A stretch of DNA of 64,000 nt from Heterodontus francisci (Eukaryota), in assembly GCF_036365525.1 (NCBI RefSeq), contig NC_090396.1, positions 69,171,194-69,235,193 of the forward strand, in the 5' to 3' direction. Within the stretch, counting starts at the first letter, position 1. Each line of letters opens with the position of its first letter. A program made the translations under genes and the position numbers. Under the pieces are notes generated by a model, which worked only from the letters and a program-made list of their open reading frames with translations, ran no database searches and was not told where the DNA came from. Shown here in pieces: positions 62,492 to 64,000 of the stretch.

Positions 62492-62706
62492 TAAAAGCAA
62501 AATACTGCAGATACTGGAAATCTGAAATAAAAACAAGAAATTTTGGAAATACTCAGCAGGTCTGGCATCATCTGTGGAGAGAGAATCAGAGTTAACGTTT
62601 CAGGTCAGTGACCTGATGAAGGGTCACTGACCTGAAACGTTAACTCTGCTTCTCTCTCCACAGATACTGCCAGACCTGCTGAGTATTTCCAGCATTTCTT
62701 GTTTTA
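62492..62706. mobile_element. Head-to-head palindromic Penelope pLTR-like element with hammerhead core at its centre
   Basis: Inverted arms of ~85 bp; CTGATGA at 62613-62619 followed by agggtcactgacctGAAACGTTaac. Confidence 0.8.
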
Positions 62707-63762
62707 ATTTTTGTTTATTCAACTAGTGTTTCCTTTCCCACCTCCTCTTCCTGGCTCTTTCGACCTGACTGTTCTGTTCCCATTTGCAACAACCGTGCTA
62801 CAGGAATGTTGCTTAAGTTTCTTAAAAGTTCATGCAGCTGAGCTGTGCAAAAGGTGAGGCAGGCAACTTAATTGCTGAGAGAATATTGATTCCAATAAAT
62901 TATGTAGGTGAAAAATGTAGCTTTGTTTCTAAATATAGGTATGTTGTAGGTTTGTTCAGTTTGTAAAATAGATTCATTAGCTAAGACTCATTGACTACTA
63001 TTTAGTATATTTAAAAAAAATTAGTCTAGCCTGCTTTGTTTCTTGGTAAAAGAACAAAGAATTGCTGGAGTTTTTGTATTTTGTTTTTAAGTGTTTGCTC
63101 TTTGCCACAATTGTCTCTTCAGGACTGTCACAAATAGGACAGTTTGATTTTCAAGTAAACAGCTTCTTAATCAAACGCTCAGTATTGAACCTGTTGTTAA
63201 TCTGGGGAAGGGGTTTCATGGAAATGATTTGGAGGGGACTTTTAGCCAACAATCCCCCCTTCTTGTTGGAAGTGTATGATTTGAATTCAGGACTGGACTT
63301 TTGTACATCATGTGCTCTCATTGATGTCATTATTTCAGAATAATAGACTGGCATCATTCACTTATGATTTTTCTCTCAAATATTGTAGCTTCTGGCAGTG
63401 GTGTTTTTCTACACTTTCTGTGTAATATTTTTTCTTTAAAAAAAGCAATACTGAAGATTAAATAAATTTGGAAATAACAGCTGTTTTATTTACAGTGGCA
63501 TTTGTGTCTTTGGCTGGATTGACCTATTATTTGTAATGTTTCTAAAATTAATACCCTAACCACACCTATCAATGTACCAATGCCCAAACCACTTCTATCA
63601 GCGCTTGTTTCAAAGGAACTTTTAAATTTTATTTTCATGTTGCTCACTTATTTAATTTTTCTTAGAACTAATTTGTTTCTATATGATATATACTGGAGTT
63701 GGAAAGCCCCTTTTGAAAAAAGGATTGTGCTGGATTTTCAGACTTTTTTTGTCTTGTTCCAG

Positions 63763-63862
63763 ATTTTGGACCGGAAAAATAATGAGATTGAGGAACTAAA
63801 GACATTGTATAGAAACAAGCAAAAGGAAGCAGAGGAGATGAATAAGAAGCTGGAAAAGAGAG
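63763..63862 (+). CDS. CEP112: Next internal coding exon of CEP112 (100 nt, phase 0/1)
   Basis: ttttttgtcttgttccAG acceptor and GTAATC donor. Translates to ILDRKNNEIEELKTLYRNKQKEAEEMNKKLEKR, the direct continuation of the previous exon (recalled human ILERKNNEIEELKTLYRSKQHETEETIRKLEKK). Confidence 0.92.
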
Positions 63863-64000
63863 GTAATCCACAGTTAAAGTTACAGCTGCTGGCACAACAT
63901 GATGCTTATTTGCAGCAGCTTCTCTTCTTACACAGGCTGAGTTGGAATATTTTTATACGAATTAAGTGGGATGCAGAGAAGAAGGAAATTTCTTTTAACT

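Larger units (their letters stand above)
24135..63762 (+). other. CEP112: ~39.6 kb GT-AG intron of CEP112, mostly TE-derived
   Basis: Bounded by GT and AG, and the flanking exons join in frame (…DVQK|ILDRK…). Confidence 0.85.

Overview
Eukaryotic (vertebrate) genomic DNA, almost certainly from a cartilaginous fish (shark). The repeat content supports this: HE1-type SINEs, HER1-like CR1 LINEs and SacSINE1-like fragments. The window lies inside a + strand host gene recognised as CEP112 (CCDC46). Only two coding exons are present (24048-24134 and 63763-63862), separated by a ~39.6 kb GT-AG intron. Most of the remaining sequence is nested transposable elements: many CR1 LINEs (one young copy with an uninterrupted 756-codon frame and two near-full-length copies with SGNH-esterase ORF1), a second CR1/Jockey-group LINE family with a partner SINE, two RTE-clade families, two Tx1-like (L1 clade) copies, a deleted Gmr1-type Gypsy element, solo LTRs and MITEs. 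Four observations stand out. (i) Five copies of a short TSD-flanked, sometimes palindromic element, four of which carry a minimal type-I hammerhead ribozyme motif (CUGAUGA-stem II-GAAAC-GUU), consistent with Penelope-like pLTR-derived or retrozyme-like elements. (ii) Two independent Tx1 insertions share the same premature stop and form a long inverted repeat around the 87-nt CEP112 exon. (iii) Three LINE families show 5' inversions of the twin-priming type. (iv) A 14-kb multi-layer TE nest. All calls were made by eye; family names are from recall and were not database-verified.
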